DNA of 64,000 bases from Felis catus (taxonomy: Eukaryota), in the NCBI RefSeq assembly GCF_018350175.1, contig NC_058376.1, forward strand, positions 68,510,001-68,574,000, given 5' to 3'. The first letter of the stretch is position 1. The number at the start of each line of letters is the position of its first letter. The notes beneath the pieces are model-generated. The model was not told where the DNA came from. It saw only the letters and a program-made list of their open reading frames with translations, and did not search any database. Shown here in pieces: positions 61,772 through 64,000 of the stretch. Both the position numbers and the translations under genes were made by a program.

Positions 61772-63619
61772 GTAAGTAGCTGGGGGGTGCTCGCCAAGGT
61801 GCAGGGTGGAGGGGTGGGCCAGACTGAACCAAGAAGATCCCTCCACCAGGGAACAGTGCAGCCACAGGCGGACCCTGGGCTCATCCCTGCTGTGTCAGGG
61901 CTCCTCAGTTTCATCCCAGGCTGAGGTCCTTCCAAATCCAAGGCCTCTTCCTGTTAGCTCTGTCAGGGTCTCTCTCCCTGTTTCTGGGGAGCCTTGCTCA
62001 CATCAGTCGCAAAGCCCTCTGCTTCTGTTTGTGGCAGGGGCCTGCCATAAAATTATTCAGTCTCCTCATGTCCCTGGAATCTTCTAGGCTGCTTGCCTCC
62101 CACCTGCCAATTCCACCTACCCCTTGGCTCCTTCTGTCCCACAGAGCACTGACTTCACCTTCAAACCCTGGAATTTAGCCGACCTGTTTTGGCCTCTGCT
62201 TTCCTGGTCTTCCTGAGTACCCCAGCCCAGTCCTCCTCCCTGACCTCCTCCACGTGGCTTTGATGCCATCAGGTTTGAATCTGTGGGAAAAGCACACCAC
62301 ATTTTTCTGAGCTAGCTTCCCCCTCTATCCCCCTTTTAATCAAAGTTTAAGTTGAGGAAGTGACACGTGTGATTGTGACCTTTGGATTTTGTGTTGTTCC
62401 ATCTTGAAGTTAATTGATATTTAAAAGGGAAGGCTCTTGAATTTCCCACTGTTCTGTTGCCCTTGTCTCTCTCCCCCCGGTTACAGCTCAGCTTAATGGA
62501 GTGGGGATAATAAAGCTTCGCTCTACAGAGAAGCCAGGCAACTCAATCTAGTCATAAACCTGCTTGCTTGTAGCCAGCCCTCCTGTTGCCTCCCCTCCTG
62601 CCCCACTTTTCAAGTGTCAGTAATCTGTAAAGTCACTCCTCCCTCTCACTTTCTGAGAGGGCTTGCCTCCTGCCCACCTTTCCCAGCCTCAGACCCCTGC
62701 CCTCAGGCAGCAAAGTGTCCCTCTGTTTTTGCCTTTTCTTCTCCAGGTCAGAGCAGGACTTGGGCTCTCTCCATTCCTTGCAGAGCCTCTCACTGTCTTT
62801 GTCTGTCCTCATCTGTCCTTAGCATATGCCTAGAAGGCTGAGTGAGTTTTAAGAAGTTGTCTTCCTTCTGGGCAGAATGCCAGGCACAGGACTAAGACCC
62901 AGAAGATGTGTGACCTACCCAAGTCTTCGGAGCACTGAAGCGACAGAGCCCTCCCTGCAGCCTGGGCTGGTGCTCTTTCTGCCATAGACATAATTCAGAG
63001 AGCATGAGCTTTCTCAGCAGCAGTGAAACCCTGGCCACAGAAGCAGAGGTCCTTGACTAACCCCTGGGTGGACTTTAGAAAGTCCAGACTACAAACTTTC
63101 CCCTGGGATTGCTCCCCTCTTTCCCCCAGACCTCTGGAGTCAGGACTCCTACCCCAGTGGGGTGCTAACGACCTCCCTCACAGAACCACTGTGTGTTGGG
63201 TGGTATCTAGGGCCCAGGATACAAGAGAAGGAGGCATGGTCCCTGCCACAGCTCAAGGGCTTCACAGTCTATGTACTCTGGCAAGAAACAACTCGAAACA
63301 GCCCGTTCAGGGCTGCTCCACTGGGCGACTCGGCTTCCATCAAAGGGCCTGGCACCTAGAGTTTCCCTTCTCTACTGCATGTTCCTGTGCCTGAACCCTG
63401 TTCCAGAGATGCTCATCAGGGAGGTGGATCTATCCAAAGGCAAATCTTTAAAAAATTTTCAGTTATGAAAATAATATATACTTATTTATATATAGTATAT
63501 GACACATCCTTATGGTTATTTACATATAAAGAACCTAATTCTAAGAAAGATCACACACCTGATAAAGGTAAGTATAAAGTAGAAGCAAAAGCCAATCCCC
63601 ATATCCTTCCCCAATCTCT

Positions 63620-63822
63620 ACTCCTTCTCACCTCCCCCCATGTCCCCCACCTCCCATCTGCCTCCCACCTCCCCGACATGGCCCATACTTCCCAGCTCCC
63701 CCCATGTCCTCAAGTTCCTGCCCCCTCCCACCTCCCACTTCTTCCCTATGTTCCCCACCTCCCACCTCCTCCTCCCACCTCCTCCTCCCACCTCCTCCTC
63801 CCACCTCCTCCTCCTACCTCCT
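63620..63822. repeat. C-rich low-complexity degenerate (cccacctcct)n array
   Basis: repeated cccacctcc(tcct) units; GGA/GGG-rich on the minus strand. Confidence 0.85.
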
Positions 63823-64000
63823 GCCGGTTTATACAGAGATCTTCCTCTGGCTATTTCATTGTTTTCTCCTGTTCCAAGCCCCCACTTTGCTCTCAGTGGT
63901 CTGATCATGGTGACTGCCCTTCTTAGGCCAGCGTGCTGAGTCTTTAGCATTGGAATTTTCTGTCCTGTCCTCGGTCTTTCTTTCTGTCTCCCCACTCTGG

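Larger units (their letters stand above)
1..64000 (+). other. PDIA5: PDIA5 gene body, partial (intron 1 to intron 14)
   Basis: Twelve AG/GT-bounded exons splice in frame to a PDIR-type protein (non-catalytic N-terminal domain plus thioredoxin domains with CSVC and CGHC motifs), except across missing exon 11. Start codon and C-terminus are not in the window. Confidence 0.96.

Overview
Mammalian (felid-type) genomic DNA lying entirely inside one large + strand gene, PDIA5 (protein disulfide-isomerase A5/PDIR). Twelve coding exons can be read, all with canonical AG/GT ends: exons 2-10 and 12-14, numbered from my recollection of the human gene. Exon 1 and exons 15 onward lie outside the window. 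Exon 11 is not in the called sequence and most plausibly lies in the N gap at 44094-44297. The introns hold about 15 carnivore tRNA-derived Can-SINEs, L1/L2/MIR/CR1 fragments, hAT and Tc1/mariner-type DNA transposon relics, an MLT1 LTR and microsatellites. Nearly all long ORFs in the six-frame track are spurious. I see no evidence of a new multi-gene system. The most notable items are a TSD-flanked U6-snRNA/L1 chimeric retrocopy in intron 13, a nested L1>DNA transposon>SINE>SINE>SINE stack in intron 1, a candidate 3-nt microexon or recursive splice site in intron 3, and the missing exon 11. Repeat family names come from recalled consensus sequences, not from a search.
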